The translations under genes were made by a program, and so were the position numbers. This document shows, one piece after another, positions 17,047 to 26,102 of a DNA stretch of 32,617 bases. Location of the stretch: NCBI GenBank assembly GCA_003153915.1, contig PMBX01000114.1, positions 1 through 32,617 of the forward strand, given 5' to 3'. Positions within the stretch are counted from its first letter, which is position 1. Every line of letters starts with the position of its first letter. Source of the DNA: Phycisphaerales bacterium (lineage in GTDB: Bacteria; Planctomycetota; Phycisphaerae; SM23-33). Under the pieces are notes generated by a model. The model was not told the origin of the DNA, made no database searches, and saw nothing but the letters and a program-made list of their open reading frames with translations.

Positions 17047-18441
17047 TCAACGGCTCGATTTGAAATGATACCGAGTCCTGGGCAACAACAAGATCCACAC
17101 GACGACGCAGGCCAGCAAGCCCGTGGCGAGGCACCATGCGTTGCCACGCCCCAGTGGCTCCACTCGCGCCCATTGCAGGCCCAGCAGGCCCGCCCCCGCC
17201 ATCACGCCCAGGACAACGAAGGACGTCAGGATCAGCCAATAGCTCCAACGAGCCCCCATGGCAAAGAAGGTCCACACAACCCACGCCACGGCGGCCAAGG
17301 CCGCAACTGCCCCGGCGCCGCCCAACCCACGGAGGGTGGGTCCGCCGGTGGAGGAGAGGGCCGTCAGGACGACCCCGCCGGCGATCAGCAACGCTGCGGT
17401 ACGTCCCAGCCAGGCCAGCAGGCTCACCGCCCCGGGGATGACGCCCGATGCCGTGGCAGGCTCCAATACCTTCCGCTGGAACAGGACGACCGCCAGCGCC
17501 ATGGCGGCGGCAACATAGAGAGCGCCGTATGCCGCAGCCAGGCCGATGTAATCCAAGGGGATGTCCAATTCTCGCATCAGCGATTCCTGGGCGTCGAAAT
17601 GCCTCAGGTTAGGAACGATCCATCCTATCGCGCGGATGACCGGCGACGGTTGCGACTCGGCGCCAAAGAGGAACGGGTGCGAATAGCCCACCAACAACAC
17701 GCCCAGGCAGACCAGCAGGGTCATCACCTGCCCCAGGCGAACGCTGGCGGCGATGGCCACCGCCGAGAAGACCAGCACGGCCAAGAGGCTCAATACCATG
17801 GCTGCGGGCAGTTGCGGGCTAATCTCCAGGCCGAAAGGAACGATCTCCCATCCCTTGCCGACAAAACCAATCACCCCGGCTGTCGCGGTCAGCATAACCA
17901 CGCCGCCCACCACGCCCGTGGCGGCAAACGACCAGCCGAACAACAGGTTACCCAGCAGCGACATCGCCAGGACCGCCCCGAAGCCCGACAGGCCCAGCAC
18001 GATGACCGGCCAGTCGTAGGGGTCGCTGGCCGTGGCCATCACTCCGTGCCTGGCCGTGATCAGGAAGGCCAGGCAGCAGAGGTAATAGGCCACCGCGACG
18101 GAGGCGGCCACGCCGGCGAATTTGCCCAGTACGAACGTCGCTCGAGAGACGGGCTTAGAGATCACCGTCAGGACGGTCTTATCATCGATCTCGATCCGCA
18201 GCGCGGTGGAGGCAGAAAAAGCCGCGATCAACAGCCCCGACATCAGCAATGTGCTGATGCCCAGGTCATACAGCATCTTCTGGTCGCTGGCGCGGTGAGC
18301 GCCGGAAGGATCCATCGTCCATCCGGCCAGCGGGACGTCCATTACCAGCACGGCGAAGGTCGCCAGGATCAGCACGCCGTAGACGGGCTGGCGAATCGTC
18401 TGCACAAATGTGTTTCGCCCTATCGACCAGAGCTTTACCAT
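17047..18441 (-). CDS. ABC-2-type permease-like polytopic membrane protein with an extra C-terminal TM bundle
   Basis: 464 aa. ATG has GGAG 9 nt upstream. The N-terminal pattern, TM1 then EIDDKTVLTVISKPVSRATFVLGKFAG, matches the E-x-T-x-(L/V)-x-(S/T)-x-P-(V/L)-S-R-x5-GK signature of ABC-2 permeases. About 12 hydrophobic segments. Confidence 0.7.
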   Translation of the reverse strand: MVKLWSIGRNTFVQTIRQPVYGVLILATFAVLVMDVPLAGWTMDPSGAHRASDQKMLYDLGISTLLMSGLLIAAFSASTALRIEIDDKTVLTVISKPVSRATFVLGKFAGVAASVAVAYYLCCLAFLITARHGVMATASDPYDWPVIVLGLSGFGAVLAMSLLGNLLFGWSFAATGVVGGVVMLTATAGVIGFVGKGWEIVPFGLEISPQLPAAMVLSLLAVLVFSAVAIAASVRLGQVMTLLVCLGVLLVGYSHPFLFGAESQPSPVIRAIGWIVPNLRHFDAQESLMRELDIPLDYIGLAAAYGALYVAAAMALAVVLFQRKVLEPATASGVIPGAVSLLAWLGRTAALLIAGGVVLTALSSTGGPTLRGLGGAGAVAALAAVAWVVWTFFAMGARWSYWLILTSFVVLGVMAGAGLLGLQWARVEPLGRGNAWCLATGLLACVVVWILLLPRTRYHFKSSR

Positions 18442-18579
18442 GGATTGTTACTCCGGTCCGGACACCGTCGGTGCCAACCGGCTTCCCGGTGGATTCGGAT
18501 GAACGGACCGACAAGGATTGTAGCGCCGCGGCAGGTGCTTACGCAAGGCTCGCGGCTGGGCTATGGAAGGGCTTGACAG

Positions 18580-20880
18580 ATGGAAAGCCAGAAACGTGCC
18601 AAGAACGTGGCGATATCCGGTGCGGTTCTCCAGACCGTACTGACTGCCGTCATGCTGGCCTTGTGGCTGGGGCTGGGGCGGACTTCCGCCTCGACGATGG
18701 CGTGCCTGTTTTTCCTGGCTGGCGCGCCGCTTCTGTGGCTGATGACGGCCGTGTTGCTCTATTGCCGCCAGCTTCAGCAACGCGAAGCCGCCGAACTGGA
18801 GGAAATCTCCGCCGCAAAGACCGGAGCGATATTCGAACAGGATTCCGTCGCCGTCCTCCGCCCCGCCCGAGCGAGGCTTGCCTGGATGGAACGGTGGGTC
18901 GCCCCGATTTTCACGCTGCTCTGGGCCGCCTACAACGGCGGAGCGGGGTTGCTGGTACTGCGAAATCTGTTGACCGGTCCGGCGGGCGAATTGCCCGACG
19001 GTACGGCCAAGGCGTCTCTGTTGGCGATCCTACTGGCCTTCGCGGGTTTCCTTTTCAGCCGGTACGCCATGGGTATGGGCATCCGGAGCGAATGGCGACT
19101 GCTGCGAGCGGCAGGGGGATTTCTCTACGCCAACGTCCTGGCCATTGCCGCCGTCGCCGTGGCGTTGTTGGCGGCGCACCAGGGCTACCTCCAAGTGGAC
19201 GCGGCCGCGGGGTATATCATCCCCTGCGTGCAGATCATCCTGGCCGTCGAACTTCTGTTGAACTTTATCCTGGACCTCTACCGGCCCAGGATGCCCGCGG
19301 AAGACTACCGCCCCGGTTTTGAGTCGCGCCTTCTGAATTTCGTGGCCGAACCAGCCGCCATCGGCCACTCCATCGCCGAGGCGATCAACTACCAATTTGG
19401 CTTCGAGGTCTCCAAGACCTGGTTCTACCAGCTTGTCAGCAAGGCATTCGTACCGCTGGTCATCTTCGCCGCCACCGTCCTGTTGGCCATGACCTCGGTG
19501 GTCATCGTGGAACAAGGCCAGCAGTGCGTGGTCCTGCACTGGGGAATGCCCCAGAAGGCGACCCTGGAACCTGGAATCCACTTCAAGTGGCCCTGGCCAA
19601 TCGACGTGGCCAGGTGTTTTGACGTCTCGACGGTGCACGAAATACTTCTGGGCGTCGGGGGCGAGCGAGACCCCAACCAGCGAGCCGCCGCTATCGTCCA
19701 GCAAGGCACGTTCAAGGGACGTGAACTTTATCTTTGGACCGCCGAGCACGGCCAGCGCGAGGAACTGGACTTTCTCCTGGCCGTCCCACCAGATCGAGCC
19801 TCACCCGCCGGAGACCGGCAAAGTCGTTTGCCCCCGGTAAGCATCATCAAGCTGGTGGTGGCCGTACGGTACGTCATCAGCGATCCCTTGAAGTTCGGCT
19901 ACCGCTTCGCCAACGCCGAGCAGATACTGGAAGACCAAGCCTGTTGCCAAATGGTCCAGTACTGCGCCAGCGCCACGCTGGATTCCCCGGTGGGGCCTGA
20001 AACTTCCGACCGCCCCGAAGCAATTATGACCTACGGGCGCCAGCGAGCGATGGAAGAGTTAAAGCACCGCATCCAGGCGACAGCAGACGACATGAGCTTG
20101 GGCGTTAGGATCACCTATGTGGGATTGCAGTCCGTGCATCCCCCCGCCTCGGCGGCGGGGGCGTTCCAGGACGTCCTCAAGGCCGAACGGAAACAGGATC
20201 TGATCCGATACCAGGCCGAAGCCGAGGCCAACAGCCTTCTGGCGCAGGTCGCCGGCGACCCCGCCTCTGCGCTGCGGTTGGCTCTGGCGATTCGGAGTTC
20301 CGAGGAACTGGAGGCCCTTGGCCACCTTCCGGCAAATCCCGCAGAGTTCCAACGAGCACTGGAAGAATACCTCCGCGCCGCCAATGGCGATTGCCGGTCG
20401 CTGGAGGAGGAGATCCAACGCGAGCGGCTGCTGGGAGCGGCCGCCGGGGCCAAGGACCAACTCCTGGAAGCCCAAATAGCCCACCTGGCCTTGCTGACGT
20501 CGCTGAACGATCCGCAACGGCGGGGAGAGCTTCCCGCCATGCAGGAAACCGCCCGGGCGACCGCCTCGGACCTGTTCGACCAGGCCGCGGGCACCCCGGC
20601 CTCCCTCGTCGCCCAGGCCTCCTCCTACCGATGGGCCAGGGAACTGGTAGAACGATCTCGGGCTGAGTCATTCGCCCGCGAGATGACTGCCTATCAGGCC
20701 AGTCCGCGAATCTTCATGCTGGACCGCTGGCTGGACGTGTGGGACCAGGTCCTGCCTAAGACCACCAAGTACGTCCTGGGTGTGGACCGCCGGAAGATCG
20801 AAATATGGCTCAACTGGGAGCGGGAAGCCGCCGTGATGGAAGGCGCCTTTGATGTGGAAAAGGCCACCCCCGCCAAATAA
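18580..20880 (+). CDS. SPFH/Band-7 (HflK/C-like) protein with a polytopic N-terminal domain and a long helical C-terminal region
   Basis: 766 aa. About 7 hydrophobic segments in the first ~310 aa, then an SPFH core (VVIVEQGQQCVVLHWG...EPGIHFKWPWPIDV...KLVVAVRYVISDPLKF), then Ala/Glu/Leu-rich helical sequence. Confidence 0.75.
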   Translation: MESQKRAKNVAISGAVLQTVLTAVMLALWLGLGRTSASTMACLFFLAGAPLLWLMTAVLLYCRQLQQREAAELEEISAAKTGAIFEQDSVAVLRPARARLAWMERWVAPIFTLLWAAYNGGAGLLVLRNLLTGPAGELPDGTAKASLLAILLAFAGFLFSRYAMGMGIRSEWRLLRAAGGFLYANVLAIAAVAVALLAAHQGYLQVDAAAGYIIPCVQIILAVELLLNFILDLYRPRMPAEDYRPGFESRLLNFVAEPAAIGHSIAEAINYQFGFEVSKTWFYQLVSKAFVPLVIFAATVLLAMTSVVIVEQGQQCVVLHWGMPQKATLEPGIHFKWPWPIDVARCFDVSTVHEILLGVGGERDPNQRAAAIVQQGTFKGRELYLWTAEHGQREELDFLLAVPPDRASPAGDRQSRLPPVSIIKLVVAVRYVISDPLKFGYRFANAEQILEDQACCQMVQYCASATLDSPVGPETSDRPEAIMTYGRQRAMEELKHRIQATADDMSLGVRITYVGLQSVHPPASAAGAFQDVLKAERKQDLIRYQAEAEANSLLAQVAGDPASALRLALAIRSSEELEALGHLPANPAEFQRALEEYLRAANGDCRSLEEEIQRERLLGAAAGAKDQLLEAQIAHLALLTSLNDPQRRGELPAMQETARATASDLFDQAAGTPASLVAQASSYRWARELVERSRAESFAREMTAYQASPRIFMLDRWLDVWDQVLPKTTKYVLGVDRRKIEIWLNWEREAAVMEGAFDVEKATPAK

Positions 20881-20914
20881 TCCCCAAGGGAAAAACCACG
20901 CAGAGGTATCGAAC

Positions 20915-21877
20915 ATGAAAAGACACGTGGGAATGTTGGTGCTGGCCCTGCTGGTGGTCGCGGCCCTGTTGGCCACCACGGTGGCCTTCAAGGTGGATTT
21001 CACCGAGTCCGCCCTGGTCAAGACCTTCGGCAAGACCACCCGCCACATCGACGGGGCCAAGGAGGCGGGGTTGGCCTTCAAGTGGCCCTGGCCGGTCCAA
21101 AAACTCATCCGCTACGACGTCCGGACGATGGTCTTCGAGGACACCTCCACGGAGCTTCAGACTCGCGACAAGCAGAACCTCCTGCTGACACTCTCCTGCG
21201 CCTGGCGGATCGCCGACCCGGTGAAGTTCAACGCCTCCATCCAGACGCCCAAGGCCGCCCAGGACCGCATCCGCGACCTGCTCCGCAGCGCCAAAAGCGA
21301 CGTCGTTGGCAGCCACAACCTCGAGGACTTCATCAATACCGATCCCAAGAAGATGCTGATCGCCTCCATCGAGGCCGAAATCCTCGCTCCCGTGCGGCGC
21401 GTGGCGATGGAGGACAATGGCGTGGAGGTCATCGCCGTGGGACTCAAGAGCCTCGGACTGCCTGAACCGGTCACCCAGATCGTCATCGAGGCCATGAAGG
21501 CCGAGCGACAGCGGGATGTGCGGCGATATGAGGCCGCCGGCGAGGCGCAGGCGACGGCCATCCGGGAACGCGCCAAGTCCGCCAGCAACCAGATACTGGA
21601 GTTCGCTAACCGCAAGGCCGCCGAAATCCGAACCGAGGGCGACCGCGCCGCGGCCACCTACTACAAGGAATTCGCCAAAGACGAACGTTTCAGCATGTTT
21701 CTCCGCTCCCTGGAATCCCTCAAGAAGGAGTTGGAGAGCAAGGCTGTGATTCTTCTGGACGGTTCACAACTACCGGCTGTGGGATTCTTCCAGGAAGGCC
21801 CCTCGCTGAAACCCTTCGACTCTCCGCCCGGGACCGCTGGTTCCACCGGCAAGACCGAGGCAAACCATGGCAAATAG
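20915..21877 (+). CDS. SPFH/Band-7 protein, HflC-like
   Basis: Start at ATG 20915 (MKRHVGMLVLALLVV...), with AGAGG 8 nt upstream; 320 aa. Single N-terminal TM, then VKTFGK...GLAFKWPWPVQKL...LTLSCAWRIADPVKF. Confidence 0.8.
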   Translation: MKRHVGMLVLALLVVAALLATTVAFKVDFTESALVKTFGKTTRHIDGAKEAGLAFKWPWPVQKLIRYDVRTMVFEDTSTELQTRDKQNLLLTLSCAWRIADPVKFNASIQTPKAAQDRIRDLLRSAKSDVVGSHNLEDFINTDPKKMLIASIEAEILAPVRRVAMEDNGVEVIAVGLKSLGLPEPVTQIVIEAMKAERQRDVRRYEAAGEAQATAIRERAKSASNQILEFANRKAAEIRTEGDRAAATYYKEFAKDERFSMFLRSLESLKKELESKAVILLDGSQLPAVGFFQEGPSLKPFDSPPGTAGSTGKTEANHGK

Positions 21878-21892
21878 TCCGGAGCCAGCACC

Positions 21893-23218
21893 ATGATGGA
21901 ACATAGCCATACACACCACGATCACAATCACGACCCGGATCCCCTAGGAGGGATTGAATCCCTCGATCCGGCGGGGCAAAGCCTCGCCAAGGCTTTGCGC
22001 GCCAGCTTCCGTTTGCTGTCGGCGATCATGGTCCTGGTGCTGGCGATGTACCTGTTGTCGGGGGTCAAGACCGTCCAGTCCTACCAGGTTGGTATCAAGA
22101 CGTTCCTGGGCAGGGTGGTGGGCCAGTCCGATCAGGGGCTGGCGTACGTCTGGCCCTTCCCCATCGGCGGCATCGAGATCATCGACATGCGCCAGCGGCA
22201 GCTCGGTGTCGATGACTTCTGGATGTACGAGACGAGCGAGGATAAGACCCGCGATCTGCTTTCCCGCGCCGGTTCCTCCTCACTGCGGCCGCAACTGGAC
22301 GGAGCGCTGTTGACCGGCGACCGAAGCCTGCTTCACGTGAAGCTTAACTGCATCTACCAAGTTGTCGATCCGCGGGCCTACGCCGCCGCCGTGGGCACCT
22401 TGGACAAGATCGAGGAATACAGTCCCGTCGAGGAGATGGTCCGTGCCGCGATATGCCAGGCCGCCATCCGCTGCGCTGCGACGCGGACGGCCGACGCCTT
22501 GCAGCGCACCGAGCGGGACCAGTTCGCACTCGATGTCGCCAGGACCGCCCAAGTTCAACTGGACTCGCTGAAAGCGGGCATCCAGATCAGCAAGGTGCTG
22601 CTGACCAACGCCAGTTGGCCCATCGAGGCGCTGCGGACTTACATCGACGCGCAGAACGCCGTCAGCCAGGCGGAGAAACTCAAGAGTGACGCCCGTGCCG
22701 AGGCCGAGAAGATCCTCAACGCCGCTGCGGGGGCAAGTTACCGAAAACTCGTCACCGATCCGGAACAAACCGATCCGGCATCGCGCTCCGCCGCCAACAG
22801 CGGTTCGGGCAATCTCATTGGACTATACGTCAAGGCCCTAGCTTCCAGCGACACGGCCAAGGCTGCCCAACTGCTGGACGCCATCGACGAAGTGCTGCTG
22901 AGCAACGAAACCGGAGGCGACGCCTCCAGAATTCTGGCCGAGGCCCGCGGCTATCGCACCGCAACCATCCAGCGCGTCAAGAGCCGCGCCGAGCGGTTCA
23001 ATGAACTGCTGCCCGAGTTCCGCCAGACGAGCGAACTGATGCTTCAGCGGCTCTGGGCGGCGACGAGGGAGGAGATTCTTAACTCCCCCACCGTGGAGAA
23101 ATTTTATCTCAGCTTCGGCGACGACAAGACCGTTCTGCGGATCAACCGTGACCCCGATGTGGTCAATCAGATTCTCAAGGAACTCAAGGCCGCCAAACAA
23201 CCCAAGTCGCCGCAATAG
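21893..23218 (+). CDS. SPFH/Band-7 protein, HflK-like, with a His-rich N-terminal tail
   Basis: 441 aa. GGAG 8 nt upstream. N-terminus MMEHSHTHHDHNHDPDP, one TM (LLSAIMVLVLAMYLLSG), and an SPFH core (YQVGIKTFLGRV...GLAYVWPFPIGG...LHVKLNCIYQVVDPRAY). Confidence 0.75.
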   Translation: MMEHSHTHHDHNHDPDPLGGIESLDPAGQSLAKALRASFRLLSAIMVLVLAMYLLSGVKTVQSYQVGIKTFLGRVVGQSDQGLAYVWPFPIGGIEIIDMRQRQLGVDDFWMYETSEDKTRDLLSRAGSSSLRPQLDGALLTGDRSLLHVKLNCIYQVVDPRAYAAAVGTLDKIEEYSPVEEMVRAAICQAAIRCAATRTADALQRTERDQFALDVARTAQVQLDSLKAGIQISKVLLTNASWPIEALRTYIDAQNAVSQAEKLKSDARAEAEKILNAAAGASYRKLVTDPEQTDPASRSAANSGSGNLIGLYVKALASSDTAKAAQLLDAIDEVLLSNETGGDASRILAEARGYRTATIQRVKSRAERFNELLPEFRQTSELMLQRLWAATREEILNSPTVEKFYLSFGDDKTVLRINRDPDVVNQILKELKAAKQPKSPQ

Positions 23219-23266
23219 CATCGAGGCGTTATTGAGGGTAGTGGATCCAAGGGTCAAGGAATGAGT

Positions 23267-24454
23267 ATGGCGGATGATGTTCAAGGCGTCGTGGTCGCCA
23301 GAAACCTCACCAAGGTGTTCCGCGACTTCTGGCTGCGCGAGAAAGTAACCGCGGTGGCGGGCCTGGACCTGGATATCAGGGCGGGGGAAGTCTTCGGACT
23401 GCTGGGGCCGAACGGGTCCGGAAAGAGCACCACGATCAAGATGATCCTGGGCCTGCTGTATCCCACGCGCGGTCGGGTAGCGGTGTTCGGACGCCTGCCC
23501 ACCGACGTTCGGATCAAGGCTGACATCGGCTTCCTTCCGGAGGAGTCGTATCTCTATCCGTTCCTGGACGCTCGCGAGACGCTGGACTTCTACGGCAGGC
23601 TGTTTCGCCAGCCTCGTCGCCAGCGCCGCCGGCGGGTCGATATGCTGCTGGACATGGTTGGTCTGGGCAGCGTGGCCTACCGCCGTGTGGGGGAATATTC
23701 CAAGGGCATGCAACGGCGTATAGGCCTTGCCCAGGCACTGATCAACGATCCTCAGTTGCTGATCCTGGACGAACCTACCAGCGGCATGGACCCCATCGGT
23801 ACGCGCCAGTTTAAGGACCTTATCCGTACCCTGGCGATGCGAGGAAAGACGGTTATCCTCTCCAGCCACCTGTTGGCCGACGTGGAGGATGTCTGCGACC
23901 GGATATGCATCCTCTACGGTGGACGGCAGCGGGCGCTGGGGCGGATGGATGAACTGCTGTCAAAGGAGGACTTTACGCAGATCACCACGGAGCGGCTGGA
24001 CGAGCCGTCGCTGGAATCGCTCCGTCGAGTGTTGGCGGCATCGGGAAGGGAATTGCTCCAAGTTTCCGCCCCTCGTGACAAGCTGGAGTCGTTGTTTCTC
24101 CGCATCGTCCAGGAGGCACAGGAGCAGCGCCTTTCCACCGGCGGGGCGGTGTCCGGCGGGGTAATCGCCGAATTCCTCCGGCCCGATCGAGACCAGACCC
24201 ACAATGTACTCGCCGGTCTGGTTTCGGTGGCGGAGGCCAAAGCCCCCACCGACACCCAGGAGGTTGCCTCCTCCCAGGCTGCGGCTGCGCAACGAAAAAC
24301 TGAGGTTCTGCGGGACCTGGTGGAACCGGAAAAAACCACATCGGCTCTCCAACCCCAAGGCGATCATAAAGACGCCTCGCCGACAAAACAACCCGATCGG
24401 GGCTTGCTGGATGAGCTCCTGGGCGGCCCCAAAAACAATCCGGAGAAATCCTAG
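23267..24454 (+). CDS. ABC transporter ATP-binding protein with a long low-complexity C-terminal tail
   Basis: Walker A GPNGSGKST, signature YSKGMQRRIGLAQAL, Walker B LLILDEPTSGMD, and H-loop SSH. ATGs at 23261 and 23267. AAGGA abuts the first and is 6 nt from the second, so 23267 is preferred. Confidence 0.9.
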   Translation: MADDVQGVVVARNLTKVFRDFWLREKVTAVAGLDLDIRAGEVFGLLGPNGSGKSTTIKMILGLLYPTRGRVAVFGRLPTDVRIKADIGFLPEESYLYPFLDARETLDFYGRLFRQPRRQRRRRVDMLLDMVGLGSVAYRRVGEYSKGMQRRIGLAQALINDPQLLILDEPTSGMDPIGTRQFKDLIRTLAMRGKTVILSSHLLADVEDVCDRICILYGGRQRALGRMDELLSKEDFTQITTERLDEPSLESLRRVLAASGRELLQVSAPRDKLESLFLRIVQEAQEQRLSTGGAVSGGVIAEFLRPDRDQTHNVLAGLVSVAEAKAPTDTQEVASSQAAAAQRKTEVLRDLVEPEKTTSALQPQGDHKDASPTKQPDRGLLDELLGGPKNNPEKS

Positions 24455-24456
24455 CC

Positions 24457-26100
24457 ATGCGAGGCATTTGGGCCATCGCCCGGCATACCCTTTCGCATTG
24501 CCTTCGGATGAAGATCGCGGGGGCGTTCGTCCTCATGCTGCTGGCGATACTGGCGGTCCTCCCCATGATCCTCCAGGGCGATGGAACCTTGGCCGGGCGA
24601 ATCCGCACCTTGCTGGCCTACGGCATGGGTGTCACGGGACTGCTGCTATCAGTCGTCACGCTACTGCTGTCGGTCGGGGTTATCACATCGGATGTCCGCG
24701 CCAAGGCAATCTTTACCGTCGCCACCAAACCGCTTAGCCGTTGGAAGTATGTCATCGGCCGCTGGCTGGGAGTGGTGGTTTTCGTCGGCATCCTGCTGGT
24801 GACCTCTGCCGTGACGATCTATGCCTTTGCCCAGCATCTGCGAACAGGCGAGGCGCTAAACCCCTCGGACCGCCGTGCCGTGGAAACGGAAGTTTTCACC
24901 GCGCGCCGCCAGGTGAGGCCCCAGCCCATCGACATCGACACGTTGACCGAACGCAAACGCCGGCAACTCCAGGACGAAGGGCGGTACCAGGAAGCGATGA
25001 AGGCTTTCGTCGCCCAAACCGGAGGCGATGAACAAAAGGCTCGCTCGTTGCTGGAAGAGCAGATTCGCTCCCAGGTCGCCGGTACGGCGCAATCCGTGGG
25101 ACCCGGCGGGGTCTTCCTATGGCAATTCAACGGCATCGCCGTCGCCGGAAACAAAAGGACGGCCAAGGGCCAGGTAACGCTGGTGGACGAGGAGACCGCA
25201 AGTCTACGTATCCTGGCCGATGATGAACTTTTGGGTAGTTTGGTCTTCGGCGGACCGGTTCGGGTCAACGGTGTGGACCTGCGCGTCACCCGGCTGGAGA
25301 AGGAATTCTTCGAGGTCCAACCCTCCGCCGACGACCGCGCCGGGGGCCGACTGGCCTCACTGGTATCCGGCGCCGAAACCGACATCGTTGCCGATCCCAC
25401 CATTCAACTCAGTTACAAGGCCGCCGCCTCCGTTAATCCCACCGACAAGCTGCTGCGAAGCATATGGCAACTGGACAATCCCGCCACGGGCTTCCGCTAC
25501 ATGGAACTTCGCAGCGATCCGGTGGCGACGCCGGCCACCATGACCGTCTCGGCGAGGCTGGTGGACCCCAATGGCAGGATGGACGCTCAGTACGTCAATC
25601 TCCCCGACTCCCAGGGCAAGGGCACTAGTGTGACCATACTGGAAAACGACATCGCCGTGCTTTTCCGAATGGGAAGCTTCGAGGGAACTTTTATACGAGG
25701 AACGGTGATGATCCTGCTTCAACTGGCCTTTCTGGCGGCAGTGGGCGTCGCGGCGGGAAGCTTCCTTTCCTTTCCCGTTGCCTGCCTGGTGGGCCTGGCG
25801 ACGTTACCGCTGTCAATGGCCGGAGGTTTCTTGAGAGAATCCCTGCGTCTAAATCCCGAATCAGGCCCGGCCACCGACGCCCTTACGCTGGTGGGCGCCT
25901 GGATCTTCCGCGTGGTGCGCGTCGGGCTACCGGACTTCGCCCAAACCTCGCCGGTGGATTCGTTGATCAATGGGATGAATATATCCTGGGAATACCTCGC
26001 CCAGGCGGCGCTGCTGACGGGGGTGATACGCACCCTGGCGATACTGGTGATTGCCTGCCTGATATTTCAGCGGCGCGAACTGGCGAGAGTCCAGGTGTAA
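24457..26100 (+). CDS. ABC-2-type permease with a ~280-aa extracytoplasmic insertion
   Basis: 547 aa. ATG is 2 nt after the ATPase stop. ABC-2 signature SDVRAKAIFTVATKPLSRWKYVIGRWLG. Three N-terminal and about three C-terminal TM segments flank a long soluble region. Confidence 0.7.
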   Translation: MRGIWAIARHTLSHCLRMKIAGAFVLMLLAILAVLPMILQGDGTLAGRIRTLLAYGMGVTGLLLSVVTLLLSVGVITSDVRAKAIFTVATKPLSRWKYVIGRWLGVVVFVGILLVTSAVTIYAFAQHLRTGEALNPSDRRAVETEVFTARRQVRPQPIDIDTLTERKRRQLQDEGRYQEAMKAFVAQTGGDEQKARSLLEEQIRSQVAGTAQSVGPGGVFLWQFNGIAVAGNKRTAKGQVTLVDEETASLRILADDELLGSLVFGGPVRVNGVDLRVTRLEKEFFEVQPSADDRAGGRLASLVSGAETDIVADPTIQLSYKAAASVNPTDKLLRSIWQLDNPATGFRYMELRSDPVATPATMTVSARLVDPNGRMDAQYVNLPDSQGKGTSVTILENDIAVLFRMGSFEGTFIRGTVMILLQLAFLAAVGVAAGSFLSFPVACLVGLATLPLSMAGGFLRESLRLNPESGPATDALTLVGAWIFRVVRVGLPDFAQTSPVDSLINGMNISWEYLAQAALLTGVIRTLAILVIACLIFQRRELARVQV

Positions 26101-26102
26101 CT

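Noticed and set aside
17044-18576. 510-aa plus-strand ORF, the longest unannotated ORF in the track
   Set aside because: It is entirely antisense to the ABC-2 permease gene. Its translation is Arg/Gln/Gly/His/Asp-rich low complexity with no motif. This is typical of shadow ORFs in GC-rich DNA, and the minus-strand frame gives a coherent polytopic membrane protein with an SD-preceded ATG.
19030-19749. 239-aa minus-strand ORF, and the 304-aa plus-strand ORF at 18408-19322
   Set aside because: Both overlap the 766-aa SPFH gene in other frames and have no recognisable features. The SPFH frame is continuous and contains the conserved core.
22838-23869. 343-aa minus-strand ORF
   Set aside because: It is antisense to the end of the third SPFH gene and to the ABC ATPase, whose Walker A/B and signature motifs are unambiguous. 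The translation is low-complexity with no motifs.
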